From NCBI GenBank assembly GCA_002189035.1, contig NEEC01000456.1, forward strand, positions 1 to 24,235: a stretch of DNA of 24,235 nt, in the 5' to 3' direction. A model generated the notes under the pieces. That model was not told the origin of the DNA. It saw only the letters and a list, made by a program, of their open reading frames with translations, and ran no database searches. A program made the translations under genes and the position numbers. This document shows positions 1-12,699 of this stretch, piece after piece. Source of the DNA: Utricularia gibba. Lineage: Eukaryota; Plantae; Magnoliophyta. Each line of letters opens with the position of its first letter. The stretch's first letter is position 1.

Positions 1-3000
1 CGAGGCGATCTTTGCACATGCTTAGGGTGTGTCCCTACTCGAAGCCTCATGGTTTCCTCGCACACCGTTCGGCATCTCGTCGATATCCTGAAGACCGTGA
101 TGAGTCACGCTGCGCCCGCAATACCGTTTGGAAGCTCGTTCCGAGCCGGTCATCTTCCGTGTTTAAAGCTTCTTCGTCCGAGGATGCATCAGAGCTCGAA
201 TTATCGCCTTCTATTAGCCTTCATATGTGCCACAAAGTGGCCACCACGTTCGCGACGATGCGACTTGGAACACCAAAATCGACACGATTGTGAATTTTCG
301 GCTTGCAAAACATCTGCGTTTTTTCGGGTGATGTGAAATATGGGTTTTCGAGGCGATCTTTGCACATGCTTAGGGTGTGTCCTACCCGAAGCCTCATGGT
401 TTCCTCGCACACCGTCGGCATCTCGTCGATATCCTGAAGACCGTGATGAGTCACGCTGCGCCCGGAATACCGTTTCGAAGCTCGTTCCGAGCCGGTCATC
501 TTCCGTGTTGAAAGCTTCTTCGTCCGAGGATGCATCAGAGCTCGAATTATCGCCTTCTATTAGCCTTCAGATGTGCCACAAAGTGGCCACCACGTTCGCG
601 ACGATGCGACTTGGAACACCAAAAATCGACGTGATTGTAATTTTCGGCTTGCAAAACATCTGCGTTTTTTCGGGTGATGTGAAATATGGGTTTTCGAGGC
701 GATCTTTGCACATGCTTAGGGTGTGTCCCTACCGAAGCCTCATGGTTTCCTCGCACACCGTTCGGCATCTCGTCGATATCCTGAAGACCGTGATGAGTCA
801 CGCTGCGCCCGGAATACCGTTTCGAAGCTCGTTCCGAGCCGGTCATCTTCCGTGTTGAATGCTTCTTCGTCCGAGGATGCATCAGAGCTCGAATTATCGC
901 CTTATATTAGCCTTCAGATGTGCCACAAAGTGGCCACCACGTTCGCGACGATGCGACTTGGAACACCAAATCGACGTGATTGTAATTTTCGGCTTGCAAA
1001 ACATCTGCGTTTTTTCGGGTGATGTGAAATATGGGTTTTCGAGGCGATCTTTGCACATGCTTAGGGTGTGTCCCTACCGAAGCCTCATGGTTTCCTCGCA
1101 CACCGTTCGGCATCTCGTCGATATCCTGAAGACCGTGATGAGTCACGCTGCGCCCGGAATACCGTTTCGAAGCTCGTTCCGAGCCGGTCATCTTCCGTGT
1201 TGAAAGCTTCTTCGTCCGAGGATGCATCAGAGCTCGAATTATCGCCTTATATTAGCCTTCAGATGTGCCACAAAGTGGCCCACGTTCGCGACGATGCGAC
1301 TTGGAACACCAAAATCGACGCGATTGTAATTTTCGGCTTGCAAAACATCTGCGTTTTTTCGGTGATGTGAAATATGGGTTTTCGAGGCGATCTTTGCACA
1401 TGCTTAGGGTGTGTCCTACCCGAAGCCTCATGGTTTCCTCGCACACCGTTCGGCATCTCGTCGATATCCTGAAGACCGTGATGAGTCACGCTGCGCCCGG
1501 AATACCGTTTCGAAGCTCGTTCCGAGCCGGTCATCTTCCGTGTTGAATGCTTCTTCGTCCGAGGATGCATCAGAGCTCGAATTATCGCCTTATATTAGCC
1601 TTCAGATGTGCCACAAAGTGGCCACCACGTTCGCGACGATGCGACTTGAACACCAAATCGACGTGATTGTAATTTTCGGCTTGCAAAACATCTGCGTTTT
1701 TTCGGGTGATGTGAAATATGGGTTTTCGAGGCGATCTTTGCACATGCTTAGGGTGTGTCCCTACCGAAGCCTCATGGTTTCCTCGCACACCGTTCGGCAT
1801 CTCGTCGATATCCTGAAGACCGTGATGAGTCACGCTGCGCCCGGATACCGTTTCGAAGCTCGTTCCGAGCCGGTCATCTTCCGTGTTTAAAGCTTCTTCG
1901 TCCGAGATGCATCAGAGCTCGAATTATCGCCTTCTATTAGCCTTCAGATGCCACAAAGTGGCCACCACGTTCGCGACGATGCGACTTGGAACACCAAATC
2001 GACGCGATTGTGATTTTCGGCTTGCAAAACATCTGCGTTTTTTGGGTGATGTGAAATATTTTTCGAGGCGATCTCACATGCTTAGGTGTGTCCCTACCCG
2101 AAGCCTCATGGTTTCCTCGCACACCGTTCGGCATCTCGTCGATATCCTGAAGACCGTGATGAGTCACGCTGCGCCCGGCATACCGTTTCGAAGCTCGTTC
2201 CGAGCCGGTCATCTTCCGTGTTGAAAGCTTCTTCGTCCAGGATGCATCAGAGCTCGAATTATCGCCTTCTATTAGCCTTCAGATGCCACAAAGTGGCCAC
2301 CACGTTCGCGACGATGCGACTTGGAACACAAAATCGACGCGATTGTGATTTTCGGCTTGCAAAACATCTGCGTTTTTGGGTGATGTGAAATATGGGTTTT
2401 CGAGGCGATCTTTGCACATGCTTAGGGTGTGTCCCTACCCGAAGCCTCATGGTTTCCTCGCACACCGTTCGGCATCTCGTCGATATCCTGAAGACCGTGA
2501 TGAGTCACGCTGCGCCCGGAATACCGTTTCGAAGCTCGTTCCGAGCCGGTCATCTTCCGTGTTGAAAGCTTCTTCGTCCGAGGATGCATCAGAGCTCGAA
2601 TTATCGCCTTCTATTAGCCTTCAGATGTGCCACAAAGTGGCCCACGTTTCGCGACGATGCGACTTGGAACACCAAAATCGACGTGATTGTAATTTTCGGC
2701 TTGCAAAACATCTGCGTTTTTTCGGGTGATGTGAAATATGGTTTTTCGAGGCGATCTTTGCACATGCTTAGGGTGTGTCCCTACTCGAAGCCTCATGGTT
2801 TCCTCGCACACCGTTCGGCATCTCGTCGATATCCTGAAGACCGTGATGAGTCACGCTGCGCCCGGATACCGTTTCGAAGCTCGTTCCGAGCCGGTCATCT
2901 TCCGTGTTGAAAGCTTCTTCGTCCGAGGATGCATCAGAGCTCGAATTATCGCCTTCTATTAGCCTTCAGATGTGCCACAAAGTGGCCACCACGTTCGCGA

Positions 3001-3090
3001 CGATGCGACTTGGAACACCAAATCGACGCGATTGTGATTTTCGGCTTGCAAAACATCTGCGTTTTTTGGGTGATGTGAAATATGGGTTTT

Positions 3091-3437
3091 CGAGGCGATC
3101 TTTGCACATGCTTAGGGTGTGTCCCTACCCGAAGCCTCATGGTTTCCTCGCACACCGTTCGGCATCTCGTCGATATCCTGAAGACCGTGATGAGTCACGC
3201 TGCGCCCGGAATACCGTTTCGAAGCTCGTTCCGAGCCGGTCATCTTCCGTGTTGAAAGCTTCTTCGTCCGAGGATGCATCAGAGCTCGAATTATCGCCTT
3301 CTATTAGCCTTCAGATGTGCCACAAAGTGGCCACCACGTTCGCGACGATGCGACTTGGAACACCAAAATCGACGCGATTGTAATTTTCGGCTTGCAAAAC
3401 ATCTGCGTTTTTTCGGGTGATGTGAAATATGGGTTTT
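3091..3437 (+). repeat. Reference full-length monomer (M10, 347 bp, no indels relative to consensus)
   Basis: Runs CGAGGCGATCTTTGCACATGCTTAGGGTGTGTCCCTACCCGAAG ... GGGTGATGTGAAATATGGGTTTT. Hand count about 180/347 G+C and 33 CpG. Carries single HindIII (AAGCTT), SacI (GAGCTC), EcoRV (GATATC), NsiI (ATGCAT), NruI (TCGCGA), BstBI (TTCGAA) and MscI (TGGCCA) sites. Confidence 0.95.
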
Positions 3438-4125
3438 CGAGGCGATCTTTGCACATGCTTAGGGTGTGTCCCTACCGAAGCCTCATGGTTTCCTCGCACA
3501 CCGTTCGGCATCTCGTCGATATCCTGAAGACCGTGATGAGTCACGCTGCGCCCGGAATACCGTTTCGAAGCTCGTTCCGAGCCGGTCATCTTCCGTGTTT
3601 AAAGCTTCTTCGTCCGAGGATGCATCAGAGCTCGAATTATCGCCTTCTATTAGCCTTCAGATGTGCCACAAAGTGGCCACCACGTTCGCGACGATGCGAC
3701 TTGGAACACCAAAATCGACGCGATTGTGATTTTCGGCTTGCAAAACATCTGCGTTTTTTCGGGTGATGTGAAATATGGGTTTTCGAGGCGATCTTTGCAC
3801 ATGCTTAGGGTGTGTCCCTACCGAAGCCTCATGGTTTCCTCGCACACCGCGGCATCTCGTCGATATCCTGAAGACCGTGATGAGTCACGCTGCGCCCGGA
3901 ATACCGTTTCGAAGCTCGTTCCGAGCCGGTCATCTTCCGTGTTGAATGCTTCTTCGTCCGAGGATGCATCAGAGCTCGAATTATCGCCTTATTAGCCTTC
4001 AGATGTGCCACAAAGTGGCCACCACGTTCGCGACGATGCGACTTGGAACACCAAAATCGACGTGATTGTAATTTTCGGCTTGCAAAACATCTGCGTTTTT
4101 TCGGGTGATGTGAAATATGGGTTTT

Positions 4126-7100
4126 CGAGGCGATCTTTGCACATGCTTAGGGTGTGTCCCTACCGAAGCCTCATGGTTTCCTCGCACACCGTTCGGCATC
4201 TCGTCGATATCCTGAAGACCGTGATGAGTCACGCTGCGCCCGGAATACCGTTTCGAAGCTCGTTCCGAGCCGGTCATCTTCCGTGTTGAAAGCTTCTTCG
4301 TCCGAGGATGCATCAGAGCTCGAATTATCGCCTTCTATTAGCCTTCAGATGTGCCACAAAGTGGCCACCACGTTCGCGACGATGCGACTTGGAACACCAA
4401 ATCGACGTGATTGTAATTTTCGGCTTGCAAAACATCTGCGTTTTTTCGGGTGATGTGAAATATGGGTTTTCGAGGCGATCTTTGCACATGCTTAGGGTGT
4501 GTCCCTACCCGAAGCCTCATGGTTTCCTCGCACACCGTTCGGCATCTCGTCGATATCCTGAAGACCGTGATGAGTCACGCTGCGCCCGGAATACCGTTTC
4601 GAAGCTCGTTCCGAGCCGGTCATCTTCCGTGTTTAAAGCTTCTTCGTCCGAGGATGCATCAGAGCTCGAATTATCGCCTTCTATTAGCCTTCAGATGTGC
4701 CACAAGTGGCCACCACGTTCGCGACGATGCGACTTGGAACACCAAAATCGACGCGATTGTGATTTTCGGCTTGCAAAACATCTGCGTTTTTTGGGTGATG
4801 TGAAATATGGGTTTTCGAGGCGATCTTTGACATGCTTAGGGTGTGTCCTACCCGAAGCCTCATGGTTTCCTCGCACACCGTTCGGCATCTCGTCGATATC
4901 CTGAAGACCGTGATGAGTCACGCTGCGCCCGGATACCGTTTCGAAGCTCGTTCCGAGCCGGTCATCTTCCGTGTTGAAAGCTTCTTCGTCCAGGATGCAT
5001 CAGAGCTCGAATTATCGCCTTCTATTAGCCTTCAGATGCCACAAAGTGGCCACCACGTTCGCGACGATGCGACTTGTAACACCAGAATCGACGCGATTGT
5101 GATTTTCGGCTTGCAAAACATCTGCGTTTTTTGGGTGATGTGAAATATGGGTTTTCGAGGCGATCTTTGCACATGCTTAGGGTGTGTCCCTACCCGAAGC
5201 CTCATGGTTTCCTCGCACACCGTTCGGCATCTCGTCGATATCCTGAAGACCGTGATGAGTCACGCTGCGCCCGGAATACCGTTTCGAAGCTCGTTCCGAG
5301 CCGGTCATCTTCCGTGTTGAATGCTTCTTCGTCCGAGGATGCATCAGAGCTCGAATTATCGCCTTCTATTAGCCTTCAGATGTGCCACAAAGTGGCCACC
5401 ACGTTCGCGACGATGCGACTTGGAACACCAAAATCGACGTGATTGTAATTTTCGGCTTGCAAAACATCTGCGTTTTTTCGGGTGATGTGAAATATGGGTT
5501 TTCGAGGCGATCTTTGCACATGCTTAGGGTGTGTCCCTACCGAAGCCTCATGGTTTCCTCGCACACCGTTCGGCATCTCGTCGATATCCTGAAGACCGTG
5601 ATGAGTCACGCTGCGCCCGGATACCGTTTTCGAAGCTCGTTCCGAGCCGTCATCTTCCGTGTTGAATGCTTCTTCGTCCGAGGATGCATCAGAGCTCGAA
5701 TTATCGCCTTATATTAGCCTTCAGATGTGCCACAAAGTGGCCACCACGTTCGCGACGATGCGACTTGGAACACCAAAATCGACGTGATTGTAATTTTCGG
5801 CTTGCAAAACATCTGCGTTTTTTCGGTGATGTGAAATATGGTTTTCGAGGCGATCTTTGCACATGCTTAGGGTGTGTCCCTACCCGAAGCCTCATGGTTT
5901 CCTCGCACACCGTTCGGCATCTCGTCGATATCCTGAAGACCGTGATGAGTCACGCTGCGCCCGGAATACCGTTTCGAAGCTCGTTCCGAGCCGGTCATCT
6001 TCCGTGTTGAAAGCTTCTTCGTCCGAGGATGCATCAGAGCTCGAATTATCGCCTTCTATTAGCCTTCAGATGTGCCACAAAGTGGCCACCACGTTCGCGA
6101 CGATGCGACTTGGAACACCAAAAATCGACGCGATTGTAATTTTCGGCTTGCAAAACATCTGCGTTTTTTCGGGTGATGTGAAATATGGGTTTTCGAGGCG
6201 ATCTTTGCACATGCTTAGGGTGTGTCCCTACCGAAGCCTCATGGTTTCCTCGCACACCGTTCGGCATCTCGTCGATATCCTGAAGACCGTGATGAGTCAC
6301 GCTGCGCCCGGAATACCGTTTCGAAGCTCGTTCCGAGCCGGTCATCTTCCGTGTTGAAAGCTTCTTCGTCCGAGGATGCATCAGAGCTCGAATTATCGCC
6401 TTATATTAGCCTTCAGATGTGCCACAAAGTGGCCACCACGTTCGCGACGATGCGACTTGGAACACCAAATCGACGTGATTGTAATTTTCGGCTTGCAAAA
6501 CATCTGCGTTTTTTCGGGTGATGTGAAATATGGGTTTTCGAGGCGATCTTTGCACATGCTTAGGGTGTGTCCCTACCGAAGCCTCATGGTTTCCTCGCAC
6601 ACCGTTCGGCATCTCGTCGATATCCTGAAGACCGTGATGAGTCACGCTGCGCCCGGATACCGTTTCGAAGCTCGTTCCGAGCCGGTCATCTTCCGTGTTG
6701 AAAGCTTCTTCGTCCGAGGATGCATCAGAGCTCGAATTATCGCCTTATTAGCCTTCAGATGTGCCACAAAGTGGCCACCACGTTCGCGACGATGCGACTT
6801 GGAACACCAAAATCGACGATTGTGATTTTCGGCTTGCAAAACATCTGCGTTTTTTGGGTGATGTGAAATATGGGTTTTCGAGGCGATCTTCATGCTTAGG
6901 GTGTGTCCTACCCGAAGCCTCATGGTTTCCTCGCACACCGTTCGGCATCTCGTCGATATCCTGAAGACCGTGATGAGTCACGCTGCGCCCGGATACCGTT
7001 TCGAAGCTCGTTCCGAGCCGGTCATCTTCCGTGTTGAAAGCTTCTTCGTCCGAGGATGCATCAGAGCTCGAATTATCGCCTTCTATTAGCCTTCAGATGC

Positions 7101-9625
7101 GCCACAAAGTGGCCACCACGTTCGCGACGATGCGACTTGTAACACCAAATCGACGCGATTGTGATTTTCGGCTTGCAAAACATCTGCGTTTTTGGGTGAT
7201 GTGAAATATGGGTTTTCGAGGCGATCTTTGCACATGCTTAGGGTGTGTCCCTACCGAAGCCTCATGGTTTCCTCGCACACCGTTCGGCATCTCGTCGATA
7301 TCCTGAAGACCGTGATGAGTCACGCTGCGCCCGGAATACCGTTTCGAAGCTCGTTCCGAGCCGGTCATCTTCCGTGTTGAAAGCTTCTTCGTCCGAGGAT
7401 GCATCAGAGCTCGAATTATCGCCTTCTATTAGCCTTCAGATGTGCCACAAAGTGGCCACCACGTTCGCGACGATGCGACTTGGAACACCAAAATCGACGT
7501 GATTGTGATTTTCGGCTTGCAAAACATCTGCGTTTTTTCGGGTGATGTGAAATATGGTTTTCGAGGCGATCTTTGCACATGCTTAGGGTGTGTCCTACCG
7601 AAGCCTCATGGTTTCCTCGCACACCGTTCGGCATCTCGTCGATATCCTGAAGACCGTGATGAGTCACGCTGCGCCCGGAATACCGTTTCGAAGCTCGTTC
7701 CGAGCCGTCATCTTCCGTGTTGAAAGCTTCTTCGTCCGAGGATGCATCAGAGCTCGAATTATCGCCTTCTATTAGCCTTCAGATGTGCCACAAAGTGGCC
7801 ACACGTTCGCGACGATGCGACTTGGAACACCAAAATCGACGTGATTGTAATTTTCGGCTTGCAAAACATCTGCGTTTTTTCGGGTGATGTGAAATATGGT
7901 TTTCGAGGCGATCTTTGCACATGCTTAGGGTGTGTCCCTACCGAAGCCTCATGGTTTCCTCGCACACCCGTTCGGCATCTCGTCGATATCCTGAAGACCG
8001 TGATGAGTCACGCTGCGCCCGGAATACCGTTTCGAAGCTCGTTCCGAGCCGGTCATCTTCCGTGTTGAAAGCTTCTTCGTCCGAGGATGCATCAGAGCTC
8101 GAATTATCGCCTTCTATTAGCCTTCAGATGCGCCACAAAGTGGCCACCACGTTCGCGACGATGCGACTTGGAACACCAAAATCGACGTGATTGTAATTTT
8201 CGGCTTGCAAAACATCTGCGTTTTTTCGGGTGATGTGAAATATGGGTTTTCGAGGCGATCTTTGCACATGCTTAGGGTGTGTCCCTACCGAAGCCTCATG
8301 GTTTCCTCGCACACCGTTCGGCATCTCGTCGATATCCTGAAGACCGTGATGAGTCACGCTGCGCCCGGAATACCGTTTCGAAGCTCGTTCCGAGCCGGTC
8401 ATCTTCCGTGTTGAAAGCTTCTTCGTCCGAGGATGCATCAGAGCTCGAATTATCGCCTTCTATTAGCCTTCAGATGTGCCACAAAGTGGCCACCACGTTC
8501 GCGACGATGCGACTTGGAACACCAAATCGACGTGATTGTAATTTTCGGCTTGCAAAACATCTGCGTTTTTTCGGGTGATGTGAAATATGGGTTTTCGAGG
8601 CGATCTTTGCACATGCTTAGGGTGTGTCCCTACCCGAAGCCTCATGGTTTCCTCGCACACCGTTCGGCATCTCGTCGATATCCTGAAGACCGTGATGAGT
8701 CACGCTGCGCCCGCATACCGTTTCGAAGCTCGTTCCGAGCCGGTCATCTTCCGTGTTTAAAGCTTCTTCGTCCGAGGATGCATCAGAGCTCGAATTATCG
8801 CCTTCTATTAGCCTTCAGATGTGCCACAAAGTGGCCACCACGTTCGCGACGATGCGACTTGGAACACCAAATCGACGCGATTGTGATTTTCGGCTTGCAA
8901 AACATCTGCGTTTTTTGGGTGATGTGAAATATGGGTTTCGAGGCGATCTTTGCACATGCTTAGGGTGTGTCCTACCGAAGCCTCATGGTTTCCTCGCACA
9001 CCGTTCGGCATCTCGTCGATATCCTGAAGACCGTGATGAGTCACGCTGCGCCCGGATACCGTTTCGAAGCTCGTTCCGAGCCGGTCATCTTCCGTGTTGA
9101 AAGCTTCTTCGTCCAGGATGCATCAGAGCTCGAATTATCGCCTTCTATTAGCCTTCAGATGCGCCACAAAGTGGCCACCACGTTCGCGACGATGCGACTT
9201 GTAACACCAGAATCGACGCGATTGTGATTTTCGGCTTGCAAAACATCTGCGTTTTTTCGGGTGATGTGAAATATGGGTTTTCGAGGCGATCTTTGCACAT
9301 GCTTAGGGTGTGTCCCTACCCGAAGCCTCATGGTTTCCTCGCACACCGTTCGGCATCTCGTCGATATCCTGAAGACCGTGATGAGTCACGCTGCGCCCGG
9401 AATACCGTTTCGAAGCTCGTTCCGAGCCGTCATCTTCCGTGTTGAAAGCTTCTTCGTCCGAGGATGCATCAGAGCTCGAATTATCGCCTTCTATTAGCCT
9501 TCAGATGTGCCACAAAGTGGCCACACGTTCGCGACGATGCGACTTGGAACACCAAAATCGACGTGATTGTATTTTCGGCTTGCAAAACATCTGCGTTTTT
9601 TCGGGTGATGTGAAATATGGGTTTT
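4126..9625. repeat. Degenerate higher-order repeat, about 6-monomer (2.06 kb) and 12-monomer (4.12 kb) period
   Basis: TTGTAAC monomers fall at M15, M21 and M27, each preceded by a monomer ending TTTGGG and followed by a GACGTG monomer. M13-M16 closely match M25-M28. Confidence 0.55.
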
Positions 9626-12600
9626 CGAGGCGATCTTTGCACATGCTTAGGGTGTGTCCCTACCCGAAGCCTCATGGTTTCCTCGCACACCGTTCGGCAT
9701 CTCGTCGATATCCTGAAGACCGTGATGAGTCACGCTGCGCCCGGATACCGTTTCGAAGCTCGTTCCGAGCCGGTCATCTTCCGTGTTGAAAGCTTCTTCG
9801 TCCGAGGATGCATCAGAGCTCGAATTATCGCCTTCTATTAGCCTTCAGATGCCACAAAGTGGCCACCACGTTCGCGACGATGCGACTTGGAACACCAAAA
9901 TCGACGTGATTGTAATTTTCGGCTTGCAAAACATCTGCGTTTTTGGGTGATGTGAAATATGGGTTTTCGAGGCGATCTTTGCACATGCTTAGGGTGTGTC
10001 CCTACCCGAAGCCTCATGGTTTCCTCGCACACCGTTCGGCATCTCGTCGATATCCTGAAGACCGTGATGAGTCACGCTGCGCCCGGAATACCGTTTCGAA
10101 GCTCGTTCCGAGCCGGTCATCTTCCGTGTTGAATCTTCTTCGTCCGAGGATGCATCAGAGCTCGAATTATCGCCTTCTATTAGCCTTCAGATGCGCCACA
10201 AAGTGGCCACCACGCACGATGCGACTTGTAACACCAAATCGACGCGATTGTGATTTTCGGCTTGCAAAACATCTGCGTTTTTGGGTGATGTGAAATATGG
10301 GTTTTCGAGGCGATCTTTGCACATGCTTAGGGTGTGTCCCTACCGAAGCCTCATGGTTTCCTCGCACACCCGGGCATCTCGTCGATATCCTGAAGACCGT
10401 GATGAGTCACGCTGCGCCCGGAATACCGTTTCGAAGCTCGTTCCGAGCCGGTCATCTTCCGTGTTGAAAGCTTCTTCGTCCGAGGATGCATCAGAGCTCG
10501 AATTATCGCCTTCTATTAGCCTTCAGATGCGCCACAAAGTGGCCACCACGTTCGCGACGATGCGACTTGGAACACCAAATCGACGCGATTGTAATTTTCG
10601 GCTTGCAAAACATCTGCGTTTTTTCGGGTGATGTGAAATATGGGTTTTCGAGGCGATCTTTGCACATGCTTAGGTGTGTCCTACCGAAGCCTCATGGTTT
10701 CCTCGCACACCGTTCGGCATCTCGTCGATATCCTGAAGACCGTGATGAGTCACGCTGCGCCCGGACCGTTTTCGAAGCTCGTTCCGAGCCGGTCATCTTC
10801 CGTGTTGAAAGCTTCTTCGTCCGAGGATGCATCAGAGCTCGAATTATCGCCTTCTATTAGCCTTCAGATGTGCCACAAAGTGGCCACCACGTTCGCGACG
10901 ATGCGACTTGAACACCAAATCGACGCGATTGTGATTTTCGGCTTGCAAAACATCTGCGTTTTTTTGGGTGATGTGAAATATGGGTTTTCGAGGCGATCTT
11001 TACATGCTTAGGGTGTGTCCTACCCGAAGCCTCATGGTTTCCTCGCACACCGTTCGGCATCTCGTCGATATCCTGAAGACCGATGAGTCACGCTGCGCCC
11101 GGAATACCGTTTCGAAGCTCGTTCCGAGCCGGTCATCTTCCGTGTTGAAAGCTTCTTCGTCCGGATGCATCAGAGCTCGAATTATCGCCTTCTATTAGCC
11201 TTCAGATGTGCCACAAAGTGGCCACCACGTTCGCGACGATGCGACTTGAACACCAAAATCGACGCGATTGTAATTTTCGGCTTGCAAAACATCTGCGTTT
11301 TTTCGGGTGATGTGAAATATGGGTTTTCGAGGCGATCTTTGCACATGCTTAGGGTGTGTCCCTACCCGAAGCCTCATGGTTTCCTCGCACACCGTTCGGC
11401 ATCTCGTCGATATCCTGAAGACCGTGATGAGTCACGCTGCGCCCGATATACCTTTTCGAAGCTCGTTCCGAGCCGGTCATCTTCCGTGTTGAAAGCTTCT
11501 TCGTCCGAGGATGCATCAGAGCTCGAATTATCGCCTTCTATTAGCCTTCAGATGTGCCACAAAGTGGCCACCACGTTCGCGACGATGCGACTTGGAACAC
11601 CAAAATCGACGCGATTGTGATTTTCGGCTTGCAAAACATCTGCGTTTTTTCGGGTGATGTGAAATATGGGTTTTCGAGGCGATCTTTGCACATGCTTAGG
11701 GTGTGTCCCTACCCGAAGCCTCATGGTTTCCTCGCACACCGTTCGGCATCTCGTCGATATCCTGAAGACCGTGATGAGTCACGCTGCGCCCGGAATACCG
11801 TTTCGAAGCTCGTTCCGAGCCGGTCATCTTCCGTGTTGAATGCTTCTTCGTCCGAGGATGCATCAGAGCTCGAATTATCGCCTTCTATTAGCCTTCAGAT
11901 GTGCCACAAAGTGGCCACCACGTTCGCGACGATGCGACTTGAACACGAATCGACGCGATTGTGATTTTCGGCTTGCAAAACATCTGCGTTTTTGGGTGAT
12001 GTGAAATATGGGTTTTCGAGGCGATCTTTGCACATGCTTAGGGTGTGTCCCTACCGAAGCCTCATGGTTTCCTCGCACACCGTTCGGCATCTCGTCGATA
12101 TCCTGAAGACCGTGATGAGTCACGCTGCGCCCGGATACCTTTTCGAAGCTCGTTCCGAGCCGGTCATCTTCCGTGTTTAAAGCTTCTTCGTCCGAGGATG
12201 CATCAGAGCTCGAATTATCGCCTTCTATTAGCCTTCAGATGTGCCACAAAGTGGCCACCACGTTCGCGACGATGCGACTTGGAACACCAAAATCGACGCG
12301 ATTGTGATTTTCGGCTTGCAAAACATCTGCGTTTTTTGGGTGATGTGAAATATGGGTTTTCGAGCGATCTTTGCATGCTTAGGGTGTGTCCTACCGAAGC
12401 CTCATGGTTTCCTCGCACACCGTTCGGCATCTCGTCGATATCCTGAAGACCGTGATGAGTCACGCTGCGCCCGGCATACCGTTTCGAAGCTCGTTCCGAG
12501 CCGGTCATCTTCCGTGTTGAAAGCTTTCGTCCGAGGATGCATCAGAGCTCGAATTATCGCCTTATATTAGCCTTCAGATGTGCCACAAAGTGGCCACCAC

Positions 12601-12699
12601 GTTCGCGACGATGCGACTTTGGAACACCAAATCGACGCGATTGTAATTTTCGGCTTGCAAAACATCTGCGTTTTTTCGGGTGATGTGAAATATGGTTTT

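Noticed and set aside
22-27. TTAGGG telomere hexamer once per monomer
   Set aside because: It is a single non-tandem hexamer (chance about 0.17 per monomer on two strands), not the plant TTTAGGG, and gives no evidence of telomeric location.
3190-3198. ATGAGTCAC, an AP-1/GCN4-like site
   Set aside because: A short motif is expected by chance and there is no promoter or gene context.
3205-3223. CENP-B box-like CCCG...CGAA
   Set aside because: The spacing is 11 nt, not the 7 nt required by the reverse complement of TTCGNNNNANNCGGG, and the internal base does not match.
3091-3437. Apparent excess of 6-bp restriction palindromes (7 per monomer)
   Set aside because: The chance expectation is about 5.4 per 347 bp, so this is not an enrichment.
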